From assembly GCA_001771185.1 (NCBI GenBank), contig METB01000001.1, positions 252,631-308,847 on the forward strand: a DNA stretch of 56,217 bases. Reading direction: 5' to 3'. Position 1 is the first letter of the stretch; each line of letters starts with the position of its first letter. A program made the position numbers and the translations under genes. This stretch comes from a candidate division Kazan bacterium RIFCSPHIGHO2_01_FULL_44_14. Lineage in GTDB: Bacteria > Patescibacteriota > Kazan-3B-28. Below, in pieces: positions 37,863-47,540 of the stretch. Under the pieces are notes generated by a model, which saw only the letters and a list, made by a program, of their open reading frames with translations, ran no database searches and had not been told where the DNA came from.

Positions 37863-38540
37863 ATGAGTGTGGTATGGCCAATTGGGAACCGAGAATCTGA
37901 CAAGCTTGAGCGACAAGTGATTCTAAAACGACTCAAAAAAATCAGGGCTCAAAAAATGTTAGATGCTGGTTCTGGACAGTGTGTATTTACCAAACAAATG
38001 GCCAGTATAATTGGAGCCAATGAGGTCCACGCCATTGATATCCAAGCTTATAGCAATGAATGCGCCGAGGCAAATATCCATTTTGTGACCGGTGATTTGA
38101 ATAAGTCGTTCCCCTACCCGAATGGTTATTTTGATATTATCACCTCAATCCATACCATCGAACATCTGACAGATACCGACAGTTATTTGGATGAGATTTT
38201 TAGAACTCTCAAACCGGGTGGGTTGTTATTGTTAGATACTGTCAATCTAGCAGCGCTACATTATCGAGTGATGTTGTTGTTTGGTTACTACCCGATGTGT
38301 ATGGCCCCGTCCCGCTACAAGATTAGCCCGGCGAAAGGCGAACATCCTCCGTATCCGCACAAGTCCGTTTTTACCTATAGAGCATTAATCGAGGTGGCTA
38401 GAAAGCATGGTTTTGGATTAGTAGAAGGCCTCTCCCATACCATCTATCCCCTACCCACATTCCTGGGAAATATCATTTGTAAAATTTGGCCGAATATTGG
38501 TTTGTACACATCACTACTTTTCCAAAAACCAATTAGTTAA
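37863..38540 (+). CDS. Class I SAM-dependent methyltransferase
   Basis: MLDAGSG, DLNKSFPYPNGYFDII, IEHL, RTLKPGG. Confidence 0.9.
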   Translation: MSVVWPIGNRESDKLERQVILKRLKKIRAQKMLDAGSGQCVFTKQMASIIGANEVHAIDIQAYSNECAEANIHFVTGDLNKSFPYPNGYFDIITSIHTIEHLTDTDSYLDEIFRTLKPGGLLLLDTVNLAALHYRVMLLFGYYPMCMAPSRYKISPAKGEHPPYPHKSVFTYRALIEVARKHGFGLVEGLSHTIYPLPTFLGNIICKIWPNIGLYTSLLFQKPIS

Positions 38541-39771
38541 CCTGAAGTTGCCAGAAGATACCCTCTGGACCAAACCATTCGACATATTCTGCAACCGGCC
38601 TAAAGTATTCGCGGTAAGTCCCATTGGCTGTTCCACTTGGAATGGTAAGTGCAAAATTAAAGGTGACCTCCGCACCTGTGGGGACAACTTTAGATAGAGT
38701 CATAACTCGATTATCAGTCAACCAACTATTGGATTTGAAGTTGCTTATCCGATCTTGCTCGTGCCAAGTTCCGAGCTTCACTTCGTGAGCATTATCTGGC
38801 GATTCAAAGTACCACCAAGATGAACCAGTGTTTTTAAGTGTTAGCTCCAAGATGACTGTTCCGCCAACCGAAGTCGAAATGACATGAGCCGTCTTGGCAT
38901 CATTCAAGACACCATTTTGAGAAACCCAGGTAGCTTGGTAATCAAATATGACAGGATCTGGCAGAACCGTAGGGATAATTGGATTACTATCGGCTGGCGA
39001 TTGGGTAGCCCCATTAGTGGGTGGGGCAACTGGAGCCGACAATGTTGTGGCCGACACAATCACCGAATCGCCTAGGTTCCCCTTAGTATCTTCGGTAACC
39101 AGACGATAATAGTAGATTGTATCGGGTTTGAGATTGTTATCCATGTATTCCTTTACGGTACTTGGAAACGCAACCAGACGGCTTACTAAGTTATTTCCAT
39201 CCGCCAACACATTGCTTTCGGTCGAGCGATAAACTGAAGTACGGAAAAAATCATCATCGCCCGGATTAGTCCAATGAATTGTCAGCGAATTTTGTTTTAG
39301 GTCACTGACGGACACTAAACTGACTGAAACCGGTGATGTAACATCAACACTCGTACCTAATCTTCGTTTCAAAGTAGTCGTTGCTATACTCTCATTCCCC
39401 TTGTTATCTACTGCTGTTAAATAAATATAATACCAAGTAGAAAGTTGCAGGTTGGATACTACCGCACTTGACACTTCGTTTGCTCGAACATTAGTTTGAG
39501 TTGCCAGAATCCCAAAGGTTTCAAGGGGAAGAGTTGAAAGATAAACATTCACATGGTTGATATCAACACTATCGGGGTTCACCCACCAAATTCTTAAATC
39601 ATCTTGCTCGTCACCACTTTCAACTACTACTGCTCGTGGCGAATCAATGGCAGCGTGAGCGATATCTCCCCATCCCAGGGCTATTGGATTAAAAACCAAA
39701 TTTATCCCTAAAACTAAATTGACAATTGTCTTATACATATATTTATTATACCTGTTTTTAGATTCTCTCAA
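38533..39771 (-). CDS. Secreted protein with two FN3-like domains and a C-terminal NBR1-type Ig-like domain
   Basis: LRIWWVNP...YYIYLTAVDNKGNES; LTIHWTNP...YYYRLVTEDTKGN; YQATWVSQ...LTLKNTG...GTYREYF. Confidence 0.75.
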   Translation of the reverse strand: MRESKNRYNKYMYKTIVNLVLGINLVFNPIALGWGDIAHAAIDSPRAVVVESGDEQDDLRIWWVNPDSVDINHVNVYLSTLPLETFGILATQTNVRANEVSSAVVSNLQLSTWYYIYLTAVDNKGNESIATTTLKRRLGTSVDVTSPVSVSLVSVSDLKQNSLTIHWTNPGDDDFFRTSVYRSTESNVLADGNNLVSRLVAFPSTVKEYMDNNLKPDTIYYYRLVTEDTKGNLGDSVIVSATTLSAPVAPPTNGATQSPADSNPIIPTVLPDPVIFDYQATWVSQNGVLNDAKTAHVISTSVGGTVILELTLKNTGSSWWYFESPDNAHEVKLGTWHEQDRISNFKSNSWLTDNRVMTLSKVVPTGAEVTFNFALTIPSGTANGTYREYFRPVAEYVEWFGPEGIFWQLQVN

Positions 39772-39878
39772 AATGCTAGTGAATTAATTATTCTTTATGG
39801 AAGCCAACATTTTGGAGTTCCAGACATAAAATGCTTAAATAGACCTAACCGGTTATTTTGTCACCATTAACCCATAGT

Positions 39879-39908
39879 GAAAGCCCCGACCAGATGGTCG
39901 GGGCTTTC
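39879..39908. terminator. Terminator hairpin downstream of the S-layer-like gene
   Basis: gaaagccccgacca-ga-tggtcggggctttc. Confidence 0.7.
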
Positions 39909-39958
39909 TGATGCAGTTTTTGATTAAGTGCCACTGCTAAACATGTGAGCCAGAGTGG

Positions 39959-42900
39959 TTAGAAGTTCAAACCGCGTGACAGAGGAGTTGGCGAATCTAC
40001 CCAGTCAATAGACGAGGCATATTCGTTATCGTTCCACATTACATCACCTGCAGTAATGTCACCATCTGAATTGGACGAACCCAAATCGACAGTCATGGTC
40101 AAATCCTCGCTGGCAGCGTTCATCAACACGGTTGTGTCCACTAGAACAGTGAGAACATCTCCACCTGCAGGGATGGCCCATTCCGTGTTTGGAATCATGG
40201 TTATCTTAGCCGTACTTGTCGAAAGCCCAGCCGTCCCGGTACCGCTAACATAGCCAGTAGCAACTGTTGTCCCAGAAGAGTCCTTGAAAGTAACCGCTGG
40301 GTTCGTAGAAGCACCAGTAGTGTTGAACAAACCACCGTCCGATGACAAATCGATATTAAGCATATCATCGTAGAACTGGATGTTGTCGATGTAGATACCA
40401 GCAGAGTCATCTGGGTTGGCTTTCACCACAACACCGTAGTAGCGTGAATCAGAAGTGAGACCAGACAGAGCAAAGTCCATCCTCTGCCAAGAACCAATAG
40501 CTATGGCCGGGATATCTTCGTCGAACTCAGGCGAACCAGTCGAGATCATGTCGGCAGTTTCTGAAGAAATTACGAATTCCAGATCCCCAGCTGCGACAGC
40601 CGCACTGCTGTAGAGCCAGAAGCTAACCCGCTCATAGGCACTCAAGTCATTAGCCAGAGCATCATCATAGTAGAATCCATCATCTACAGCTGATGTGCCA
40701 GAAGCGGTGAACTTAAGTGATGTCCCATCGATGTCATAGGTCGTGTTCGTCTCCACCGCTGCTAGGTAAGCATCTCCGGTAGTTGCCCAGCTAGTAATCG
40801 CACTAACCGCATTGGCGCTAGCTGCTCTAAACCTCGCATCAGTTCCTCCTGATGTGTTAGTCATGTTTACTATGAAGATGGGATGACCTGGATGACGGGT
40901 AGCTAAACCTGATGGTGAGCCACTGTTCATTTCCATCCCCAGTTTGGCCTTAACCACAAAGGTGGCATTGCCTTTCAAGACCGCAGCGATAGTGCCCTCG
41001 GAGTAGAGCTTGGCGTTTGAGGACACACCAGTTGCTCTGACATTGTAATCATCAGCATAGTTAGAATCCCAAAGACCGGTTTGAACATTATAGTCCAAGC
41101 CAATATAAGGGGTATCAGCACTATCAGCACCATTAGTATCGGAGTTCATCTCGGCCGTCAATGTCAGATACTTAACCCCGTCTTTCGGAATAGTTATTGG
41201 GGTAGTAAAGACAATATCAGCAGCTGCATCATCACTAGTTACGGGAATGAGAGAACCAGAGCCAACCTGTACTCCACCAGTCAGAACATTATTTACTATC
41301 GTCCCACCTTCCCAGACATAGACCGTTCCGGCGAAGTTATCGTCTGTTGCAGCAGCTCCTTGGTTACCGTCAAAGAGTTTGGCCCGAATAGCATCAACGA
41401 TAATGTCTTCGGATGTTCCCTCCAACTTTATCTTAAAGAAGGTTGGAGTAACCGGAGCGCTAACATTCCAAGTACTGGTTACCTGCTGAACCGCTGGCTT
41501 GTTAGTAGCGGCCGTAATGGTAATAGTACCGCCCGCCGACAGAGTCATTGCGCCAGATTTCCAGATCTGGTTATATGCCTGGTTGGGAGAAGCCTGATAG
41601 TCGTAGATAGTGGCGCTAGTGCCCGAACTCAAACCAGCACCAACTGTGTTGGCGGCGGTTGTGGTCATACCAACATAGGCAGTGCCTGCGGCGATAACAT
41701 CACCGCGAATTTCCACTACCAAACTACCACCGGCTGGAATAATCCACTCGTTTGGCTCCTTGAAGTCACTACCCGCGAAGATAATGAAATCAGGACTGCC
41801 TGTTGCCCAGTTATCGGGATTAGTTGCTCTCCATGTCCCACCGTCATTAAACCGGAGGTAGACAGTATTTGTCAGAAGATCGGCAGCCGAAGCGCCGTCC
41901 ATCGTACCGTCAATGTCGGTGTAAATCTTTAAAGTGCTGACCTTGATGTCTTCAACATCATTAGCACTCAAGAAGAATTTACCAAGTAACTCATTATCAC
42001 CATTAACAATCAGCGTGCTATCTCCCGGAACGGTTGAAGCATTTACGGTAATGATTGGAGCAACAACGGTATGCAACAAACCGATTGCACTACCGGTTTC
42101 GGTAATGTCGGCAGCTGACGAAACACCTGTGGAGGTGATATCATCGGCAATCCCATAGTCGATTATGTTGGCGTGCAGGGAAGCGGCAGCTGTGCCAGTT
42201 GGAATATCACCAACCACCTTGAAGGTGCTAGTAGTATTCTTCGGCACGGTGTAATCAAAACTGAACGATGCTACGCCAGTAGTTGGATTAGATACAGTTG
42301 AACCCAATTGAGTCCAAGCGGTACCATTCCAAACCAAGAGTTTAACATTGTTCACATCGCCAGTAGCGGAAGCAGTACCGGTCCCAGCACCAACAAAGAA
42401 TCGGCTGGCTACAGCGGTTACCCGCATGGCTTCACTAGTAGCTTGAGCACGGAACTGAGTAAATTCGTAGTTGGTAACACCCTTGGCTACATTAGCAGCG
42501 GCAGGAGTATTTGGACCAACCGAGATTACAAGTGTACCGTTGGCAGCGATTGTGTGAATAGCCGCATCAGTGTCTGCACAAGTCGTCAGAGTGATATGGC
42601 TGGTATCTTGAGGAATCTTCTCCCCAGAGGTCGAACCATAACCCGTAACATAACTATAGTCATCGTTAGCATTACCTACACCAAACTGCAGGGTGTCGAT
42701 AGCTGCCGCAGAACTACTAATGTCTAACTTAATAGTGATGATTGTGTTACCACTTGCCGGGATAGTGAACAAACCATTTCCCTCTTCGAAAGTGGTGGTT
42801 GTACCACTCACTGAACCGGCGGTAGAGATAGGAGTGGCTGAATCACCTACATAAATACGAACATTCTGATAGTCCGTAGATACGGCATCACCGTTTTCTT

Positions 42901-44584
42901 CGAGCTTGAGCTTGGTGATTTTAACACCTTCAGTTGAAGCCGAAGAGAACTTAAACTTCGCCACTTCAATTTGCTCGTCACCAATGATGTATGCCTGAGC
43001 CGTAAGAGTAGTCGCATCTTCGGCGACAGTAATGGTACCCTGAATAATCGTAAAAGTACCAGCGGCAGACAAAGTCGAGAAAGCAGTACCAGTGGTAGTT
43101 GAGGTGATGGTCACGACTCCGTTTGAATTTTGACCATAGGCCACCACACTAGTGGTTTCTTCAACTTGCCAGATGATTGTGCGCTGTGAAGTGATACCAG
43201 ATGCGACATCGGCAGCGACATAGACAACCTTGTTCTGACCAGCAGCCACGCTAAATAGTGGGCTGCCAGTGAAGGTCACTTTACCACCGCTTAGGGAAGC
43301 AACTGTCGAACCGATTTGAACACCGTTAACCTTTAACTTCATGTTCTTAACATCAGAATCAACTGACGTACCAACTTCGGTCAAAGTAAGAGAGTTAACA
43401 TCGAATCCTTCAGTGGCACTAGTTGCAAACTTGAAGGAACCCAAGTCCTGATCGGTGGTCCCAGAGACAACGTTGGCAGAAGCTGGGCTGGTAGGCGCAG
43501 TTACGGCCAAGTATCCCACAGATACTCCACCAACAGTAACATTATTTCCTGTTGCCGGGAAAGTTCCAGCCACTGTTCCGCCACCCGAGAGGACAACGTC
43601 AGAAGCTGAATCGATTCCCATGGTAACAATCTTTCCAACATCGGCAGTACTTGGGATAGTAATTTTTACAGTTAAGATCTTGGTAGTTCCCGCAGGAATT
43701 AGCCAAGATAAACCTGTAAATGTAGCTTTATGAGTGGTGGTGTTCAAACCTTGGGTTGAACCAAGTTTCGTATCACCGTCATAAATTTTAATGTCTGATG
43801 CATCGTCGTCAGCCGATAAACCGTCGCGACGAATAGCAATACTAGAAACTAATGCATTGTCACTAGCACTGGCTGCAAAGTTAATCTTTGTGACAACAAC
43901 ATCAGTAGCCAAAACGGCTACATTTAAAGCAGCTGGTGTTGTACCAGCAATACCGACATTCAGATTGCCGCCACCAGTCACGGTGCCGCCAATCAAGAAT
44001 CGCCAGAAGATGTCGCCAGAAGCGATGGCTTTGCCACCGGCAGTTACCTGCTGGGCCCAGCCGTCGAATTCACGGACAACTTCGGTGTAAAGATCGTAGG
44101 TGCCATTGGTGGCAGTGCTCTTAATCTTTACTGTCCAAGTCAAGGTCAAATCTTGACCTGGGTTGACTGCTGCACCGTCATAGTAGGTAAACCGATTACC
44201 ATTGATGGTGAAGCTTGATGCATCAAGCCAAGCCGGAACATTGTCCCGGGGATGCGAGGTACCGACACCCACCGCGTGAGCGTTGGGATAGGAAGGACCC
44301 TCGCTAAGCAGAGCACTCTTACCATACATGGTAAGGGCTTGTGAACTGGTAGACCGGTTACGAATGGTCAAGGACATACTCACGGTGTCGCCAGGATTGG
44401 TGGCAATTTCATGAGCTTTGCCATCGGCCGAAATCGTACCGCTCTGCGCAATCCACTGGTACTTGAAAGTACCGAGATTCTCAAAAGCCAGCGCTTGAGG
44501 CGCGGCGAAAGCCACAGCCATTGATGTTGCCATCAACCAGGCGAGGGCCTTTGAGGTGTTGCGTAAAACTGTATTATTCATCAA
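39959..44584 (-). CDS. S-layer-like / major surface protein (1541 aa) with an N-terminal NBR1-type Ig-like domain and tandem beta-rich repeats
   Basis: Signal peptide; Thr/Ser/Ala/Gly-rich; repeated module (TP.A.NV..G..D.....F.F.A...E...V.SL.....G....D..NVKLY.G.TQ.G). Confidence 0.8.
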   Translation of the reverse strand: MMNNTVLRNTSKALAWLMATSMAVAFAAPQALAFENLGTFKYQWIAQSGTISADGKAHEIATNPGDTVSMSLTIRNRSTSSQALTMYGKSALLSEGPSYPNAHAVGVGTSHPRDNVPAWLDASSFTINGNRFTYYDGAAVNPGQDLTLTWTVKIKSTATNGTYDLYTEVVREFDGWAQQVTAGGKAIASGDIFWRFLIGGTVTGGGNLNVGIAGTTPAALNVAVLATDVVVTKINFAASASDNALVSSIAIRRDGLSADDDASDIKIYDGDTKLGSTQGLNTTTHKATFTGLSWLIPAGTTKILTVKITIPSTADVGKIVTMGIDSASDVVLSGGGTVAGTFPATGNNVTVGGVSVGYLAVTAPTSPASANVVSGTTDQDLGSFKFATSATEGFDVNSLTLTEVGTSVDSDVKNMKLKVNGVQIGSTVASLSGGKVTFTGSPLFSVAAGQNKVVYVAADVASGITSQRTIIWQVEETTSVVAYGQNSNGVVTITSTTTGTAFSTLSAAGTFTIIQGTITVAEDATTLTAQAYIIGDEQIEVAKFKFSSASTEGVKITKLKLEENGDAVSTDYQNVRIYVGDSATPISTAGSVSGTTTTFEEGNGLFTIPASGNTIITIKLDISSSAAAIDTLQFGVGNANDDYSYVTGYGSTSGEKIPQDTSHITLTTCADTDAAIHTIAANGTLVISVGPNTPAAANVAKGVTNYEFTQFRAQATSEAMRVTAVASRFFVGAGTGTASATGDVNNVKLLVWNGTAWTQLGSTVSNPTTGVASFSFDYTVPKNTTSTFKVVGDIPTGTAAASLHANIIDYGIADDITSTGVSSAADITETGSAIGLLHTVVAPIITVNASTVPGDSTLIVNGDNELLGKFFLSANDVEDIKVSTLKIYTDIDGTMDGASAADLLTNTVYLRFNDGGTWRATNPDNWATGSPDFIIFAGSDFKEPNEWIIPAGGSLVVEIRGDVIAAGTAYVGMTTTAANTVGAGLSSGTSATIYDYQASPNQAYNQIWKSGAMTLSAGGTITITAATNKPAVQQVTSTWNVSAPVTPTFFKIKLEGTSEDIIVDAIRAKLFDGNQGAAATDDNFAGTVYVWEGGTIVNNVLTGGVQVGSGSLIPVTSDDAAADIVFTTPITIPKDGVKYLTLTAEMNSDTNGADSADTPYIGLDYNVQTGLWDSNYADDYNVRATGVSSNAKLYSEGTIAAVLKGNATFVVKAKLGMEMNSGSPSGLATRHPGHPIFIVNMTNTSGGTDARFRAASANAVSAITSWATTGDAYLAAVETNTTYDIDGTSLKFTASGTSAVDDGFYYDDALANDLSAYERVSFWLYSSAAVAAGDLEFVISSETADMISTGSPEFDEDIPAIAIGSWQRMDFALSGLTSDSRYYGVVVKANPDDSAGIYIDNIQFYDDMLNIDLSSDGGLFNTTGASTNPAVTFKDSSGTTVATGYVSGTGTAGLSTSTAKITMIPNTEWAIPAGGDVLTVLVDTTVLMNAASEDLTMTVDLGSSNSDGDITAGDVMWNDNEYASSIDWVDSPTPLSRGLNF

Positions 44585-44622
44585 ATTATAGTTTTCTATT
44601 AGTTCTATGGTTATTTGTTTTT

Positions 44623-45681
44623 CTAATTGGAAATTTGCTCAAACGATTGATTTTGATCGCCTTCGACCCGAGGCAAATTGTTATCATTCTTACCGGGTGT
44701 TTCCCCAATAAGCGGACTATTAATAATATTGGTATCCCAAATTACTTGGCCACCAATCAGAAGTTTTGAAAGTTGGATAGTGTCACCTTCTAAGACCCCA
44801 AAGACAGTCGCGTTAGTGCTACCCATATATGGAATCAAATTCACGGCACTACCGACTAAGAAATAACGGGTGCTACCTATCATCAGAGTTGGCTTGGCAG
44901 TGTAAGTGCCAATATTGCCGACTAACATAACACTGCCATCAGTGACGACCTTCGGAGTGGCTGGAGTAGTGTCCCCCGTTGCTGGAGTGGCTGACACGGC
45001 AGGAATTAATTTTTCCAAATCGTCACGCATGGCTAAAATACTTTGACGAACATCATCTTTGCCAATATTGCCATCGATAATGGTTTTCAAAACCCCGCGT
45101 TGAGCGTCAACAAATGATTTTAATTTATTTACCAAATCAGCGGAGGTAGTGGCGTCACCACTGCTATTCTGAAGGGCTGTAACAGCGCTTCTAGCGTTCT
45201 CAAGTGCCAATTGCGACTCTCTGACTACATCGCTTAGTTGTGCCTGGTCAGAAGAGCCCAGGGCCTTCAACCGATCATCGGCAATTGCTAACCGCAAAGT
45301 TGCCCGACGAGCGGGATCAGTAGTTAGTGCAATTTCAACATTTTCAAAGGCCTTGCGGACACCGAACAATGGTTGGCCGGGCTGGGCATCATTGGCAATT
45401 GCGCCGGTCGTAAAAGTAGCCACGAAGACGGTTGCTAGAAGTCCGACTGTGGCCGGCAGACCCAGCATGATCTTCTGGGGCCGGAAGATGTTGGCTAGTT
45501 TGTTAACTGGCATAACCAAATCAGCCGTTTCTACCTTGGTCTGCATGGCGTCAATCAGGTCCAACTGTCCGATTTGCTTAAATAACCGGTCACGAATTTT
45601 CTGCCGTTGAGACAACGACAAATGAGCGTCTTTACCTAAGACGCCAAGTTCTTGTACTAAATTGTCGTGAATGCGAGGCAT
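44623..45681 (-). CDS. DUF5667-domain membrane protein (putative anti-sigma), copy A
   Basis: TM, then AQPGQPLFGVRKAFENVEIALT...LRLAIADDRL. Confidence 0.75.
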   Translation of the reverse strand: MPRIHDNLVQELGVLGKDAHLSLSQRQKIRDRLFKQIGQLDLIDAMQTKVETADLVMPVNKLANIFRPQKIMLGLPATVGLLATVFVATFTTGAIANDAQPGQPLFGVRKAFENVEIALTTDPARRATLRLAIADDRLKALGSSDQAQLSDVVRESQLALENARSAVTALQNSSGDATTSADLVNKLKSFVDAQRGVLKTIIDGNIGKDDVRQSILAMRDDLEKLIPAVSATPATGDTTPATPKVVTDGSVMLVGNIGTYTAKPTLMIGSTRYFLVGSAVNLIPYMGSTNATVFGVLEGDTIQLSKLLIGGQVIWDTNIINSPLIGETPGKNDNNLPRVEGDQNQSFEQISN

Positions 45682-45890
45682 AGTTGTGAGTTACGAGTAT
45701 CGAGTCGCGAGTTATTAGTATTGAGTCGCGAGTATCGAGTTGTGAGGAGAGATGAGTCGCGAGTGTGAGAGAAGAAAAGAGTTATTAGTTATAAAAAATT
45801 CCGCAAATACTTTTAAGAAAATAGAGATGTTCCCCATTTTCCCAAAAGTTCTTGCGGAACCCTTAGAAAGCGAGTGACGAGTTACGAGTC
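45682..45890 (-). repeat. Heptad repeat 3' arms (ACTCGxx) between the four-helix-bundle gene and the DUF5667 start
   Basis: Plus-strand runs of gagt-nnn at 45682-45768 and 45870-45890. Confidence 0.85.
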
Positions 45891-45907
45891 GCTCGTTGCG
45901 AGAGTCG

Positions 45908-46294
45908 TTAATCGTTCACTGTAATCTGGTTTGAAATGTTGTTTTTTTGACTTTTAATGAGACCAGCCAACATCCGATTAATTTCTTCCGATTGCCGTAT
46001 AATATCTGTTACCTGTTCTGATGTGAGGTACTGGAGGTCGGATGCAATATGTGTTTGGGTCTCTAGCTCGGCTAAAGATCCCCTTGCAATTCTAATGAAT
46101 CGAATAAAATCTTTTGCCGATGAGCGACCACACCCTTCAGCGATATTGGAAGCTATTGAAACAGCACTGCGTCGAATTTGCGACTGAAGACCAAACCGTT
46201 CATCGATAGGAAAGTGCTGGGTATGCCTGTAAATCGACGTCGCCAGAATACGAGCTTTTTGCCAAACAGACAGTTGTGCGTATCCCCCATTCAT
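45908..46294 (-). CDS. Four-helix-bundle protein (23S rRNA IVP-like, TIGR02436-type)
   Basis: YAQLSVWQKA...FPIDERFGLQSQIRRSAVSIASNIAEG...FIRIARGSLAELETQ; start is ATG 46294 or GTG 46330 inside the repeat arm. Confidence 0.92.
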   Translation of the reverse strand: MNGGYAQLSVWQKARILATSIYRHTQHFPIDERFGLQSQIRRSAVSIASNIAEGCGRSSAKDFIRFIRIARGSLAELETQTHIASDLQYLTSEQVTDIIRQSEEINRMLAGLIKSQKNNISNQITVND

Positions 46295-46316
46295 GTAATT
46301 GCTCGTTACTCGCGAC

Positions 46317-46877
46317 TCACGACTCGTCACTTAACATGTCTCTTAACTTTGCCAGAGCCCGTACCGTGATAGCCCGCACATTTGCTTCTTTTTTCTTGAT
46401 GGCTTGCGCCACCCGAGCAATTGGCAGTTCTTCAACAAACCGTAATCGCAAGACCTTTTGATATTCTTCCGGTAACCGCTGTAAGGCGTTTTCCAGAACC
46501 GAGGCCTCGTGGTAGGGCTCATCCCCTTCAAGATCAGCAATTTCTGGCAGATTCTCGAAAGAAATTTCTCCCCGACGATTAATTCGGTAGTAATCGATGA
46601 CCGAATTGCGCGCGACAGTGTAAAGCCAAGTTGAAAACTTAGCATCCGCTTGCGGTTTGTATTGATGGATTTTCTGCCAGACCTTGAGGAAGACCTCCGA
46701 GGTAAGATCCTCGGCTACCGGGACACTTCTGACTTTGAGATGGACGAATCGGTAAACCTTGCCGGCCCAAATCTCGTAGAGTTCGCCGAAGGCCTGCTCA
46801 TCGCCCCCTTGGGAGCGTTGAATCAGGTCGGTTTCTCGCTGTTTGGCATAATCCGCTTTAAGCTGCAAAATGGCCAT
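46317..46877 (-). CDS. ECF RNA polymerase sigma factor, copy A
   Basis: AFGELYE, AEDLTSEVFLKVW, FSTWLYTVARNSVIDYYR, LQRLPEEYQKVLRLRF. Confidence 0.95.
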   Translation of the reverse strand: MAILQLKADYAKQRETDLIQRSQGGDEQAFGELYEIWAGKVYRFVHLKVRSVPVAEDLTSEVFLKVWQKIHQYKPQADAKFSTWLYTVARNSVIDYYRINRRGEISFENLPEIADLEGDEPYHEASVLENALQRLPEEYQKVLRLRFVEELPIARVAQAIKKKEANVRAITVRALAKLRDMLSDES

Positions 46878-46894
46878 ACGGCTCTTCCCTATTT

Positions 46895-46923
46895 ATAACG
46901 AAAATCTCCCTGTCTGTGTGACA
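46895..46923 (-). promoter_or_regulatory. Putative ECF-type autoregulatory promoter
   Basis: Minus strand TGTCAC - 17 nt - CGTTAT, ~18 nt before the sigma start; ECF promoters typically have a CGT -10 core (inference). Confidence 0.4.
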
Positions 46924-47057
46924 GGTGGAGGCAATAATACAGTCCAGGAGCGGACAATGCATAGTTAACTTATTTGACAAGAAACTATAAATTAAGACCC
47001 TGGTTAACGAGAGAAATTATACCTATATACCCCTGAAAAAGCAAGGGGTGGGATAAG

Positions 47058-47540
47058 TAGTGAGTTACGAGTATCGAGTCGCGAGTGGAGGAATGTCAGA
47101 GAGAGTCACGAGTATCGGGAAACTGCTCGCAATGACAAGATAAGGGGGAAACAAGGGAGTTGGTGAATAGTGAGTTACGAGTATCGAGTCGCGAGTGGAA
47201 GAATGTCGGAGAGAGTTACGAGTAGGTTTGCTTTCATCCTAGTAAGTCCATCGTCATTCCGGACTTACCTGCCCGTTCCGAAGCCACAGGCATAGGCGGG
47301 ACCCGGAATCCAGAAAGAAAAATAAAAGATTTTCTGTTTAGGTCTGGATTCCCGTCTTCCTGCCCGAATCGCTACGCCCGCCAGAAACGTTGTATCTACT
47401 ACGGGCTGGCGAATCGTTGCGGGCGGGCGCGGGAATGACAGGGGGGCGGGAATGACAGGAAAAGCGACCTAGACGGAAACAACCGACAAGAGTGCTTGTC
47501 GGTTGTTCAATACTCATTTCTCACTACTCAATACTTCCTC
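47058..47540. repeat. Composite repeat region (heptad arms, 57-bp direct repeat, nested GTCAT and GCCCG REPs)
   Basis: Direct repeat 47058-47114 / 47168-47224 (3 mismatches); gtcattccggac...ccggaatcc; ggattcccg...gggaatgac. Confidence 0.85.

Noticed and set aside
40056-44769. Plus-strand ORFs opposite the S-layer-like gene (e.g. 41081..41932) and similar shadow ORFs elsewhere
   Set aside because: Antisense shadows of long genes with biased codon use, with no motifs or RBS.
45908-46294. Diversity-generating retroelement (Avd-like gene)
   Set aside because: No reverse transcriptase and no TR/VR pair with adenine-specific mismatches was seen in the window.
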